DNA of 64,000 nucleotides, taken from assembly GCA_950097015.1 (NCBI GenBank), contig CATNEN010000024.1:2170001-2234000 (forward strand), written 5' to 3'. Under the pieces are notes generated by a model. That model ran no database searches. It was given only the letters and a program-made list of their open reading frames with translations, and was not told where the DNA came from. The first letter of the stretch is position 1, and each line of letters starts with the position of its first letter. Positions 34,512-48,300 of this stretch are shown here, piece by piece. The DNA comes from Macrostomum hystrix. Its lineage: Eukaryota; Animalia; Platyhelminthes. The position numbers and the translations under genes are program-made.

Positions 34512-35916
34512 GGTACCTGGCAGTGTTGGGCAACTTCCGTTCCTCCGTTCCTCCGTTACTACCGGAAGTTACGTTTTTTAGAAGCGTTACTACCGGAAGT
34601 TACTTTTTTTGTTAGGTAACGGACTTGGTAACGGAATGGACTTTTTGTGAGTCCGTTACTTCTATTACAAGTGGCTTGTTTACCCCAATTACCCATTTGT
34701 ATAAATTTCCTATTTGTCATTGTTTATAGGTTTTTTACTATCTCTTTAGTCATTTATTAGTATTTTTGTGACTTTTTACATTTTAATTGTATATTTTGTT
34801 TATCTGTTGACTGAATTCAATTTTTTTTCGTTTCTCGTTCGATTGTTCCTTTGAATCCTTTTCTCGACTCTGACCTTTGTAACTCACTCTGGTTACCTTA
34901 CCTCGAATCTGCGAATCTTGGACTGTTTTTTGCCAGTTGGACTCTTTGCCAGTTGGACTCTTTGCCAGTTGGACTCTTTGCCAGTTGGAAGTTTTTTGCC
35001 TGCTTTTTTGTGTTTTTGCTATTAGCTTAAACTTCATAAGTCAAAGACTCAAAGTGGATTTCAAATGTCTCGCAGCTAAAATGGCAATCCTGCATTCTCA
35101 TTTGTTAAATTATTTTCAGGAAAGACACTTGTTAAAAGTTAAAACTTAAGTCAAAAGTTCTCATTACTTTCTTGGAAATTAATTTATTCAAACAACAAAT
35201 ATGCAAGATTGCTACTGATATAATTTTGTTACTGGTTAAAAATGTATAGTGAGTTAGTGATTATAAGGGGTTATAACGCATTTTATTTAGAATATAAAGA
35301 TATGTCCATATATAGTACAACTGAAATAACGTACAAATAAAAAAGTAACGGACTTACAATAACGGAGTACCGGAAGTTACTTTTTGTTAAAGCGTTACAG
35401 TAACTTTTTACCGGAAGTTACTTTCTTTGGTAATGGAAGTTACTGTAACGGAAGTTACTTTTTTTGAGTAACTTGCCCAACACTGGTACCTGGACACTTC
35501 GTCATCTTACAACTTCGTCATCTAGATAATGATCTGTCCAATATCTTAGAGGGTGGATGACAAAGAGACTTAGACTTGTGGACACTTCGTCATCTATAAA
35601 ACAAAAGTTTTCAAAGTTAGAACAGAACCACCCATCCCCACCCCTCCTCACATTGTGTTGGCACCTATCTTTCACCTCTTATAATGAAATCAGTTTTGAC
35701 ACCTCTTTTTGACAATTTATAGTGTTAAGTGGGGCCTATTGTTCACACCTCTGCCCCACCACCCCACCCTCACTTTATTGATGTCGAACTTGATTGCTTG
35801 TTATTAGTAGATGACGAACTGACCAAACTTTAAAGCATGCCAATTGGCTGGATGACGAAGTGTCCTATCTTCCAAGTGGATGACGAAGTTGTAAGATGAC
35901 GAAATGTCTAGGATCC
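34512..35916. mobile_element. Non-autonomous TIR element with 9-bp TSD (Mutator-like by TSD length), interrupted by a hAT MITE
   Basis: TSD CTGTTGGAG at 34503-34511 and 35917-35925. With the insert removed, the left end GGTACCTGGACACTTCGTCATCTTACAACTTCGTCATC is the inverted match of the right end GATGACGAAGTTGTAAGATGACGAAATGTCTAGGATCC. Superfamily is inference. Confidence 0.8.
34521..35485. mobile_element. Non-autonomous hAT-type element (965 bp)
   Basis: TIRs CAGTGTTGGGCAA / TTGCCCAACACTG; perfect 8-bp TSD GTACCTGG (34513-34520, 35486-35493); many subterminal CGGAAGTTAC/GTAAC motifs at both ends; internal 16-bp tandem TTGGACTCTTTGCCAG. Confidence 0.88.
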
Positions 35917-36643
35917 CTGTTGGAGCAGTGCCAAAAGTGGAGATAGCAGGGCCTAGTCCACAGAGTAGGGTTTGGGTTAGGCCAGCTAAGTAAAATTAAA
36001 ATAACAAATAAATAATAACTAAACTAATAAGCCCTTTATGTTTTCTGTAAATCACTAAAATAATCAATTGAAATAAAATAATAACTATGAAATTCAGTAA
36101 AAAGGTACAAGAAGTTCTGTTCATATTTATAGCAAACGCTAATAATGTAACAGCTAGGTGCCTAAGCTTACAAATAACTCCAAGGAAATATAAATAGAGC
36201 TCCTCCATTGACTTTTAAAAAATGTGATTAAAAAGCCTGCCTTAAACTAGCATTCTACGAAACAGCACCATTGAATGCGTTTCACGCGGTATTTGTCTCG
36301 TTATAAGTATGCAATCACTGTGTTTTCAGATAATAATTACCACAAAAAAGCATAAGGCAAACATCACAGGCATTATAAAATATTTTTTGCTTATAATACA
36401 AAAGTATAATGCATTTATTGTTTGTTTCAACCAACAACGGCGCACATTTTCGACATGTTATGAACGAGTCTTTTTATTAAACTGCAAGTACAATACACGT
36501 TACACTTACAGATTGATTTTAATAGTTCGGTGACAGCTTTAACTTCTATTACCTACCTATTCATTAGTTCTTTAGCTACAAACGTAAACCAAGGAAAATA
36601 CTGTGTTTTTAAACACTATTTATTGTTTAAGCACGAAACGAAA

Positions 36644-38748
36644 ATGGGTTTCGGTTTTGTTGCTGTTGCCTATATTCTGGCTCTGATTTTCACAGCTTTT
36701 CTTCTATTTGTTGTCATTCATCATGTAAGCTGTTATACTTTTATGTATCTTTCTATATTTACTTGCTTATTATTGTCAATACTAATACTCATCTATGTGG
36801 ATTCACAATTTTACATTTATTAGTGTATTGATATTTTTTATCTGATTGGTATTCCCTTCTGCAGTCTAAATTTTTGTAAACTATTTTTCACGCTTCATAC
36901 AACTAATCGTCTGGACTAGAAAAATGATGAGTATTTCTTGGATTCTCATTTCATTTTGACTTAGAGATTGTATGAAATGATGAATTGGCCTGGCTAATTG
37001 TCTACTCAATTTAATTTATCTACTATATTCCTGGCACATCAGATAGGCCTATGCTGCTTATGCCACACGATGAATTTTTTCAAGTTAAAAATATTTATAG
37101 ATGTATCTAGATTGAAAAGTAATACTATTCCATGTAATCTTATGCCATGCTTAGGGAATTAGCTACTGTGCCAATAAAAGGCTGTTAAACTACAGAGCTA
37201 GGCCTACCATGTCCTTAATACCATGGTGCATTTCCAGTACGGAATTAGGTTTACAATTTTTAATATCTCTATAAAAATGTTGTCATGTATAGTGTATTGG
37301 CAAAGTCAAAATTGGTGTATATTGTTTATCAGTGTAACTGATTTATATGTGTATATGTGGAATATGCCAGCAAAGTATATATTTTAAATCTTGGATATAA
37401 CTGATTGATATCATTATTAACTTCTAGAAGTAATATTTGGCATGTGTATTATTGTATTAAAAAATTCAAAAACAATTTTTATACAATATTAAAAGAACTG
37501 TTTTTTTACATTTGTTATACTCATACAATTTTTTTGTTTCTATATATGCATGGATATCAGTGTAATGGTGTAGCTTTAGTCAGCTATATAAAATAGTCAG
37601 CATTTTTAATATCGTTGTATCTGCAAAGCTATAGTCAATATAGTAAATATTGACATGTCAGAGCTGTTTTTTAAGCTCAATTTTACTACTGGTATAAACA
37701 AATTGTGAAACATACAGTGGCCTTAATTCATGGGCCATTGCTTGTTTATGGACATAGCTGCCAAGCCCCTAAAAGCTCCTAAGCCACAATAATCCATATA
37801 TATTAAGACTAAAGTTCTTAGACATGGTATCTATCTTATTGGCCTAATCTGAAGCCATGGTAATTATTATTTTGTGATCTTAAGGGTGCAAAATCAGATT
37901 ATTAAAATGATGTTTCGGTGTTTTTTATCTTTTTATTGTTAGTCTCTAATTAATAAACTGCAACAAAACTTTATCAATTTGAATTCTAGCTTGTCCAGAT
38001 TCCAAAAAGGTATCTCTTGCATGCACAGCCACCATGCCCTGCCCTAAGTTCCAGCAATATAGGAATAGTAGGCTATGCCACCAAGTACTCCAAATTGCTA
38101 TGCATTGTTGAATATAGAGCCTATTCCTATGGCACCAATTCTAAAACCTTTAAAGTTGTATTAAAAGTTGGATTGTGATTGTAAGTAGTCTTTAGGTAAT
38201 TCGGCTAAAATTGGGAGTTAAAGTTGAGCCTATGTTCTACCTGCTTGGATATGTTTTTGCTTGTTCTGAAATACTACTAGGCTGCAATCGTCTATTTATA
38301 TTTATAATTTAGAACAGTTAATTGCAGAAAAAGATTAATTGTATCCAATAAAATGTTTCACATTATCATATTAAACACTCCAACTTCCCATGCTCAGGTG
38401 ATAGCATTCGATGAACTGCAGAATGACTACAAAAACCCCATAGACCAATGCCGCAGTCTGAACTCACTGATCCTACCTGAGTACATTGTACACGGTCTGA
38501 TGGTGCTGATGTTCCTATTTAGTGGCCAGCTGCTGTCTCTTGTACTCAACCTGCCCCTATTGGCCTATCACGTGAAGCGCTACGTAGACAGGCCTGTACT
38601 GAGCTCGCCCGGCCTATACGATCCGACTAGCATCATGAATGCCGACAAGCTTCGCAGGGCCATGCGCGAAGGCTGGGTTAAGCTGGCTGTGTACCTATGC
38701 TCATTCTTCTACTATCTGTATTGCATGATCTATGTGCTAGTGTCGTAA
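36644..38748 (+). CDS. CNIH: Cornichon homolog (ER cargo receptor), 143 aa
   Basis: join(36644..36724,38398..38748): MGFGFVAVAYILALIFTAFLLFVVIHH|VIAFDELQNDYKNPIDQC...LPEY...GLYDPTSIMN...EGWVKLAVYLCSFFYYLYCMIYVLVS, the classic cornichon sequence. Confidence 0.97.
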
Positions 38749-39880
38749 ATCACCTAGCGCGACATGTGCGAAACTCATTCATTTATTGTTCTGTTTCAAT
38801 ATCCAAGGTACCAAGTTACTAATCGTTTGTCTTTTTGAATCAGATGATAAATGAAAAGGCTAAAGGTAATTAAATTTTAGCCCACTATGAACTGCTTCTA
38901 AAAAACTAGGGCACAAAGCTAAATTTATCTAAATTACTTATTTTTACTAATCATGAGTCGCACTTGCAAATAACTTACTCCCGTTGAGCAATAGCTTTTT
39001 TATAAACATTCAGCGATAAAAACAATCTGCACATTTACTTGCTACTCACGAGAGCGAATCTTAGTAGTATAACTTATTTATTATGTTTATTTTTAGTGTC
39101 TAGTAATATCAAAGGTTCAGTTATCCGGTTACATGTAATAACAGTTTTCTAAAATATGCTAGTTTTAGACATTCATTCCTGTTTTTTTGTTTTTCTTATC
39201 AGTTGGTACACCTTTCATGCACACACCCGCCGCAATGAATCGCAAAGTATACTAAAATATATTATGTCTATATTGCCGTTCGTATTACGGCCACTGTGCT
39301 TTTATAGACTAATTAAATTAACTAATAAGCATGTGTATGTCAATGTTATTTTTCTACTTTAAAAAAATTCGATTCGATCTCATTTCTCTGTTGTTTCATC
39401 TATCCAATGGCTCTTGCTCTTCCCTATCTTATCTGACCCTTGTCATATCTTTTTTTTCATTTTTCAACTCTCTGTTTTCTCATCTCCCCTGTCCCTTTTG
39501 TGGGTACCGAGAATCACTAGCCTCAGAACTTCTGTTCTCTTGCTGTTCTCTTGCTGTTTTCCTAGCAATAATGAGTCACCTATTGTCTAACATTGCTAAC
39601 TTGCTAGGTCAATTGTGCAACAATATTTCGCTCAATAATAAGACAAATGAATAATGAGTTGTATGCCGTTTGCGGCTAAAAAATCTATTTACGAGTTGTT
39701 ATAAACATCGCATGTAGCAATGTAAACGTTTTTTTAATATTACAATTTGGTCACTGTCTCAAAACTTTTTTACTTAAGTAAGGAGCAAAGACGTGGATAT
39801 AGAATAAGAGATCAGAGAAAATGTAAATCTTTCTTGCCTTGCTATGCTTGTGAACTGCATTCGCTATCAATACACTCGTA

Positions 39881-41582
39881 CCTTAGTGCGTTCAAAAAGT
39901 TCTTAGACCCCCCTAATATGTGTTCGACCAATTTTGATGAAAAAAGACACAAACATAAATTAATATGTAATAAATTCAGAGCTTAAGTTTTAACTTAGTC
40001 GGAAAGTGCGAAGTCGCATCTGGTTTTTAGAGGAATGGGTCAGCAATATCTCGTGGGGTTAATTTGTAAGCTTTCGCTAGGTTTAGCTTTTGTCAATCTA
40101 AATGATAATTTAGACATTCAAAAAGATAATGGCTATGGATTTAACTATACTCTTTGTAAACCTCGCCGCTAGAGAACATAGACGTTTCGACAACCAAAAC
40201 GAGAATGAATTCAGCCACTCAGAAGAAAATACACCCTTTCGACCATAGACTAAAGGCAGCCAAAATGATAAACTCGGAATGGAAATTTGAAAAACTCCCT
40301 TGCCTTGCTCTCCGCCTGTTTGGTTTTCTCTCGCTTCTTTCTTTGCTATTTCTTGTGCTGTTTTTCAAATGCCCTACCGGGTGCGCAAAAAGTATCCGGA
40401 CAGAATCTTGCTGGCTTTGCTTTCCGAGAGTTTGACATACTCCGGTAATTTAAAGCATCATTTTTATAATGTCTATGGCCAAACTTCTGCCGGGAATTTT
40501 AACCCTGATATGCAAAATGGACTCATGCTGTTCATCTTTTTATTTCGAAAGCTTCGTTTTCAATCCGCGGATTTCTGTCACCCCAAGTTGTCACAAAATG
40601 TCGAGCTATTCCTTGGATCTCAAGAAGCGTGTCGCTACCGACTTGACTTCTAGATTGAGCGTCTTGAGAAGGTGATTGCCCAACGAGGTTCTCTAATCGT
40701 GGATTAAATCGAGTCTGGCGTGCAGAGCCGCTTGTTGGAACCACTTGAGCAGCACATGGCAGCAAGTGGGCCAGGTGATTGATTCGAGGAAGTCTGACGA
40801 TCTTGAACTCTGTTAGAAAAAGCGACCGCCTCTTTAAATTAAGTTGCACTTTTGTTGCTCAATGCCCGCGTTCCGTTTCTCTTGTTCGCATTATAGAACA
40901 AATTTGTTTTTACGTGATTAAATGGAACACGAGCTTGAAATTTCGCGGCTCACGTCGTCTACCCTTAATTAAGCCATTATCACCTTTCCAGGTGAAAAAA
41001 GACCGACCTGTTGCATTGGCCACTTTGCTGAAAACGAGCTACGACAATTTTTTGCATTGAGTTGCGATGTGAAAATTCATGGATTTGGGACCAACACGTG
41101 CATATTTATCTGCCCTTCTCTGCAACGCATGCAAGTGTCCGGATACTTTTTGCGCACCCGGTATACCAATATCCTCAGTCGACAGGCAACGCTTGGTGTG
41201 TGCTATTATAGAGCAAGGGGCAACACTAACAGCCGCAGTAGCCATCCTGCAAGTGCCGATTGCAACTGCGTATAGAATTATGCGAGCATATACGCAGGAA
41301 TAAGAAAGGGTTCAGGCGTTACCAAGAGGTGGTAAAAAGGAGTCGTGCAAAAATGAATACATTGATTACAATGATTACACAATTTCTCAGCGCCTGATCG
41401 TTTTTGCACTTGCTGACGAAGGCAAGCCCGTAAACAATATCCACTAGAGATTCATCGCTTTTTTGACGAATCCTGCTGTCCACACACAAATTAATTTATG
41501 TTTGTGTCGTTTTTTCATCAAAATCGGTCGAACACATGCAGAAATATTAAGATAGTATAAGAACTTTCTGGACGCAATAAGG
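39881..41582 (+). mobile_element. Decayed Tc1/mariner-IS630-type DNA transposon
   Basis: Imperfect ~90-bp TIRs (CCTTAGTGCGTTCAAAAAGTTCTTA...TGTGTTCGACCAATTTTGATGAAAAAAGACACAAACATAAATTAAT vs its inverted copy ending GACGCAATAAGG), flanked by TA on both sides. HTH-like relic ISSVDRQRLVCAIIEQGATLTAAVAILQVPIATAYRIMRAYTQE*ERVQALPRGG (~41170-41335); no DDE domain found. Confidence 0.8.
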
Positions 41583-41831
41583 TATATACAGCTCAAAATT
41601 ATAGTTTGAATCTCAGTGGTTTGAATCGTGAGAAAAAAGGTAATTGAGTGGAAAATTTGCAGCTCCTCTGTATGAGACAACTGTATAAGTAAGTACTGAG
41701 TAAATAGACATATCTACTCGTATAACTCTTTCTTGCCACGCAGTAGTGAATAAATAATTTACTTTTGTCGAGGCTCAGGAAATCCCAGATGTAATAATCA
41801 TAGTATGTGCAAGGCTGCCAATTTTAAAGCT

Positions 41832-42162
41832 TAATATATGGCCTGTGAGCCTAACTCGTCACTCATAGAGTCCAGCTCCATCTTCTCTTACCCGTGTCTA
41901 CTGTCTTACACATAATAGACGCACTGTCTATAGAAAAGACAAAAAACAAGGCCTGGGTTTTTACAGCTAAAGCCTAGACTGTTATTGTTCTCAGGACTCA
42001 CCACACGCCACTTGAGCATAGCGCACACACAGAAAGCATGTGAGTATATCAGATGCAATTAAATTGGACCCAAGGAGCCTTCGCCGTGGCCCTCCTGCTC
42101 CGTATGCACATCTAGCTTGCAGAACCAGATTTGCCTACTTGAGGCCATAAAACACTGCCCGT
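41832..42162. repeat. Unclassified ~320-bp dispersed repeat, copy 2
   Basis: Collinear with 10561-10883; ends ~150 bp upstream of ATG 42309. Confidence 0.9.
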
Positions 42163-42308
42163 GCCTATATACCTTCAACTCGCTTGCAAAAGGACCTTTT
42201 TATTTAGTGGAAAAAAATAAACCCAAAAGCGCTCAAACACATACTTCACATTTAGACTTATAATCGGCATATCGCTGTATTACAATCTAGCAAAAGTGCA
42301 TGACAAAC

Positions 42309-45300
42309 ATGGCTGGACCTCTGATGGCAGTCTTCCTGCTGCTTGGTAAGTTGTCAATATATTCGTCTTTGAGGGATCGACTGCCGGGCTTCGATCTTCG
42401 TTCACAAATTCTGTATTTTTTAGTCTTTGTAGTTAGGGATACATCGAGTCAATCAAAATAGCCTTTTTTCTCGCTTATCTATATGTATTCTCGCTCATTA
42501 ACCCTCTCGCTAATTAACCCTCTCGCTCATTCACCTCTCGCTCATTAGCCTCTCGCTCATTAACCCTCTCGCTCATTAACCCTCTCGCTCATTAACCCTC
42601 TCGCTCATTAACCCTCTCGCTCATTAGCCTCTCGCTCATTAACCCTCTCGCTAATTAAACCCTCTCGCTGATTCACCTCTCGCTCATTAGCCCCTCGCTC
42701 ATTAACCCTCTCGCTCATTCATCTCTCGTTCATTAGCCCCTCGCTCATTAAGCCTCTCGCTCGTTCACCCTCTCGCTCGTTCACCCTCTCGCTCATTAAC
42801 CCTCTCGCTCATTAACCCTCTCGCTCATTAACCCTCTCGCTCATTAACCCTCTCGCTCATTAACCCTCTCGCTCATTCACCTCTCGCTCATTAGCCTCTC
42901 GCTAATTAACCCTCTCGCTAATTAACCCTCTCGCTGATTCACCTCTCGCTCATTAGCCCCTCGCTCATTAACCCTCTCGCTCATTCATCTCTCGTTCATT
43001 AGCCCCTCGCTCATTAAGCCTCTCGCTCGTTCACCCTCTCGCTCGTTCACCCTCTCGCTCATTAACCCTCTCGCTCATTTACAGTCTCACTCATTCATCC
43101 TCTCGCTCATTTACAGTCTCACTCATTAACCCTCTCGCTCATTTACAGTCTCACTCATTCACCCTCTCGCTCATTTACAGTCTCACTCATTCACCCTCTC
43201 GCTCATTTACAGTCTCACTCATTCACCCTCTCGCTCATTTACGATCTCACTCATTCACCCTCTCGCTCATTTACGATCTCACTCATTCACCCTCTCGCTC
43301 ATTTACAGTCTCGCTCATTAACCCTCGCTCATTCACCCTCTCGCTCATTTAATCCTTCCCAGTAGCCGGGCAGGCATCAGCTGTGACAGTTTTATCCGAC
43401 TCGCCGCTGCCACCAGAGCTGCGCTGTCCAGACGGGCGCATTCCATTGAACAGCCCGCAGGAGCGTTGCCGCTCGCTGCCGCAGCTTCAGTGGGCCGGCC
43501 GGCGCTGCCTGAATGACTCGGAGGACTTTCGCTGCCCGAGCGGATTCGACTGTCTGGCCGAGGGGATCTGCTGCGATTCACCTGAGAAATTTGTGAGCAC
43601 TTCACAGTCCCCCCCGAACTCCGTGTGCCATCTAGTTCTATACGCTCGTAGATTTAGTAATTTTGTCTCGAGTGTCGGGACGGCACCCGGACGTGGCATG
43701 CTTAGCGTTCACACAGGTGAAAAATGGAAACCAGCATTAGATGGCGTATGCATTTTTGTGTGTGGTGGCCCCAGTCCACGGACTGGATTGTTGTACGCAG
43801 TTTTTTTGGCTGTGCCACTGGCTGTACACTATCTGGACATGGGCTAGGCGTAATTTTTTGCCATTTCTTGTCGCAGCGATTCGATGCGGATCTGTGCCGC
43901 CTGAGAGCCGTGGGCAGCAAAGCTGTTGACACAATTGGCACCTGCGCTGCGGATGACGACTGCAAGACCTACGAGAGCCGTTCCAGCCAGTGCTGCAGTG
44001 GCACCTGTGTTCTACTGATGCAGCGTTAGTAAATCCTTGTCCTAGGCCAGTCTGGGCTATTCTTATAGAAAACTGAGGCGATAATTTTTGCGCACATTAA
44101 CTTCGTACAACCACAATTTCAGGCTGCTTCAGACAGCGCAGTCAGTACTTGAGCATTCTCTCAACTGGCCAGGTGCCACGCATCTACATGCCAAGGTGAG
44201 TTTAAATCAAGGACTCATGATGACCTCATTATAAAAATAGAATACGCTAATTCTGCTACTCGTCATACAGTGGTGGCAGTAGTGCAGTGCGAATTAGTTA
44301 ACTTGTCCATGAAAACCACTACTAATAATCTCTCCGAAAAGTTGCACCGAGGACGGCGCGTTCGCCCCGATCCAATGGGAGCCACGCTTCAACCAGCGCT
44401 GGTGCGTCGACCAGCGGACAGGCCTGGCACAGCGCACCGGCTGCTGCCTCCCAGCTCCGGGCGCAAGCTCGACCTGTTCAACTCCTCGACCCTGCCCGAC
44501 CGACCTCTGCGCCCTGAGCGTCTGTCCAGCCATGCCGGACGCCCTCTGCCGCGTGAACCCCTGCGGCGCCGACTGCAGCGTCGAGTTCGTTGATCTGGCC
44601 AGCGGCCGCCCCGTGAACTGCAACGCCGGCATCAGTCGCTGCCAAGCCGGAGAGGCTGCTTACTTCGACGGCTTGAAGTACCTGCGGGCCCGCGACCAGA
44701 CTCAGTGGCTGCAGGTTCGAATCCGGGAATGGTTTTTGATTGAGGATAAGGAGTACGGGGGAAGGGATCGGATAAGTTTGACAGTCGGTCGCAAAAATCT
44801 TATACGAAATGTTTTACAAATAAAATAAAAGTAAATGAACAAATAACAAACGAATCGGATTTTTTTCTGACATGATAATGAAATATAAAACATGTCTCTA
44901 TTGCAGACAGATACCATCAACAACCCGGTTAACCCGGACAGGGCCACGGCCGCATTCATGGACACCTGTCAGACGGACGTGTGCCAGGCCTACAATGCCA
45001 GCAAGATGGAGCCTGCAGTGCAGAGCCTGTATGGCAGCAATAGCTGGGGATACCAGGTAGGTTCTATGGACTTTATATCACTAGTTACTCATAACTTTAT
45101 AGCACTACTTAACCTGAGGACTGGTTTTTGATTGAGTCTAGACTAGACACTTCCTGGCTAGTCTAAACTCTGCCCCAGTGCACACAATTCCAGGTTAGTC
45201 TAAACTCTGCCCATGCAATGTAGACATATTCAGATTAGACTAAGAAAATAAAAGCCCACAAACCCACATAGCAAAACCCACAAGGCAATCTTAAATCGGC

Positions 45301-48300
45301 TCTAACCTTCAACCCTTTAAAGCAAAACTGTCCCAAGCAGAATCGGCTGAACTATCAGTGTCGTAACCGCTGCAACGGTTTCGCTGGCTGCCCTTCTGGC
45401 CGGCAGGTCTGCTGCAACAGCGGCTGTGGCCTGGAGTGCATGACTCCAGCCGACATTAAGCCAGAGGCGCAGTGCGCAATGAGCATAAGCTCTGGTCACT
45501 GTCCGGCAGTTGGCTGCTACCGGATGTGCCGCAGATGGGGATACGACACCGCCAGGAAGGTTTGCCGGCCCTTCTGGTACGCTGGCTCAGGCGGAAACAA
45601 CAATCGATACAATTCGTGGGCCGAGTGCGAGTGGGCGGTGCAGAACTGCCACGGTCGGGTGCTCATCGCCCTGCCGGTACGACCCAGCTGCCAGAGCAGC
45701 GGCGTATTCAACAACGTCCAGGCCTCGGACAATGGAATATTTTGGTGCGTCAAACAGGATGGCACGCCGACGCCTGGAACGCTGCACGCCGACAAGATTC
45801 GGTGCACCGTAGATGGACAGTTGGTGATAAATAAGTGAGTTGGATTTCAGATAGCTTCAGTAAGCTCCGGTAACACTCCGGTAAAGCTCCGGTAACACTC
45901 TTCCACCGGCCCTCAGGTACTACAAAAAGGTAGCCATCCTGTACAAAGGCCGCTGTGCGAATGGTGCCTGGCCAGCCTGGTGCCACCACCTGACCGTGGA
46001 TCGAACCTGCGGAAGTCCCGGAGTTACTACCTTCGCCGACGCATGCAACAACTGCCGCCTGGTGCACATCAACGCAGACGGCGAGGAGGTCGCCTGCCAG
46101 ACCGACGCCGCCGTCTGCGCTGCTTCAACAATCGCGGTCGCTGCCGGTCCCGCCATCGTCGCCTGCCAGTTCGCGCGCACAGCGCCAAACTTTCGATACT
46201 CGTCTGGCAGCGGAGTATGCTCTGCCGGGTGTCCAATCAGCGGCGTGGGCGGCTACACACGCGAGGCTGGGTGCCTCAGCGCATGCGCTCAGGGTTGGTG
46301 CGGTCGGAACGCAACCGCGTTTAATCCCGACCTTTGCGTAAGTCCGACCTGTCCACGCTGGCCAAAAGCTCTCTGTGTCCCTGACGAGTGCTCCGGAAGT
46401 GAGCGCTACTTCTTGCCGAACGGCACCGAGGTGCTCGAGTGCGCCCGACGACTGGCACCACTGCAGCCTGCCGACTGCGGCAGTAACTCGACGGTGACAA
46501 GAATGGCTGCAACTACAACCATCGCACCCGGAGGATCGGCTGGAGCTGCTTCGACGACAACAAAGTCAGGTGGATCGGCTGGAGCTGCTTCGACGACCAC
46601 CAGGTCAGGTGGATCGGCTGGAGCTGCTTCGACGACAACAAAGTCAGGTGGATCGGCTGGAGCTGCTTCGACGACAACAAAGTCAGGTGGATCGGCTGGA
46701 GCTGCTTCGACGACAACAAAGTCAGGTGGATCGGCTGGAGCTGCTTCAACGACCACCAGGTCAGGTGGATCGGCTGGAGCTGCTTCGACGACCACCAGGT
46801 CAGGTGGATCGGCTGGAGCTGCTTCGACGACAACAAAGTCAGGTGAATCGGCTGGAGCTGCTTCGACGATTACCGTGTCAGGTGGAGCTGTCTCTTCGAC
46901 CGGTGCGCCGGCAACAATGCCGCTGATGACAACTAGACCAATCAAGCCAGCAGCGCCGAAGACGATTCTGCCAATCTGCCGAATCCGATTTCAGCTGAGC
47001 CTGGAGACCATGAGATGCCGAAGCACCGATGGCCGATACGAGCCGCGGCAGTGCAACCTGACGCACTGTTTCTGCGTGACAGTGGACAGCGGTGTCATCC
47101 TGCAGCAGCCGGAGCCGGTGCTGCTAGCCAAGGGATCGGAGCTCGCCTGCCGTAAGTCAAGTTTGGCACTCCATAGAAATAATGTATTTCAAAAGTAATG
47201 CCCAATTTGGAAGTTATAAATCAGCGTCTCAATAATTACAGTAAACTTCAATTGTTATGCCTCGCCTTTGCAGCCATTGTGGAGACCACAAATATGTCTC
47301 TGACCATCACTTATGACACAGACTACATGCTTGTGCTGCCTACAATGCAAGACGAAGAGAAGCTGCAAACGTGAGTGTCACGGGTTGCCAAACGCATTAA
47401 ATAGCAGTCAAGGAAGGAGTGGGGTGGCTGCCAGGCCGGGGTAGAAAACCTAGCGACGAAATACGGTGTACAAACCTTTCGCCAGCCAATCAACAGTAAT
47501 TGGGGCCTAAGCCATTAAGATAGATTATAAGAACTAGTACTTGCTGTTGCACCCGGTTGCCTTAAAAAATTACGTCTGCAGAGTCATAGAGAGCAGATAC
47601 GCTTACGAAGGCGGGCTGCAGGCTAGACACATCCGCGCCGTCGACCTGGAGCCCGGCAGCATCCTCGTCACCGTTGACATGCAGAAGGCACCCGGTGACT
47701 CAACAGCCGACCTACCAGCATCAGCGTTCGAGCTCAAGACCATGGTCTGTTAGATTGATCCTAGTAATGTCCATTATAAATACTTCTAGATCCACAACAA
47801 GCACGCTAATCAATTATTGTCTCCCACAGGCCCTCAAGCAGACGCTGACCTTAGACTTCAATGGGGTCACCTTGACGCCGTCAGCGCGGCAGAGCTTCAA
47901 CGAGAACTCTGGCAGCTCGGTAGTGCAGCCGCCGGTTGAGGCAGCTCTGGCGGCGGGTGTAACCGACGGCACCGATGCCAGCAGCTCCCAGCTGAATGTG
48001 GTGGGAATTGTTGCTGGAGTGTGCATCACAGTTATCGTCGTGGCTGTGTCCGGTGTACTCATTGCGGTGAGTCCGATCCGATGAGGCTGCGATTGGAATA
48101 AATAATAGATCCAGCCTGCTACAGTAGATAATTTTGGCCAAACATGAGGATCGGATAGTATTGTAACAGACTTTTGGGATCTGAGACAATTTATGAGCGA
48201 CCCTGAGGATCTGAGACAATTTATCAGCGACCTTGAGGATCTGAGACAATTTATGAGCGACCTTGAGGATCTGAAAAAAATTATGAGCGACCCTGAGGAT

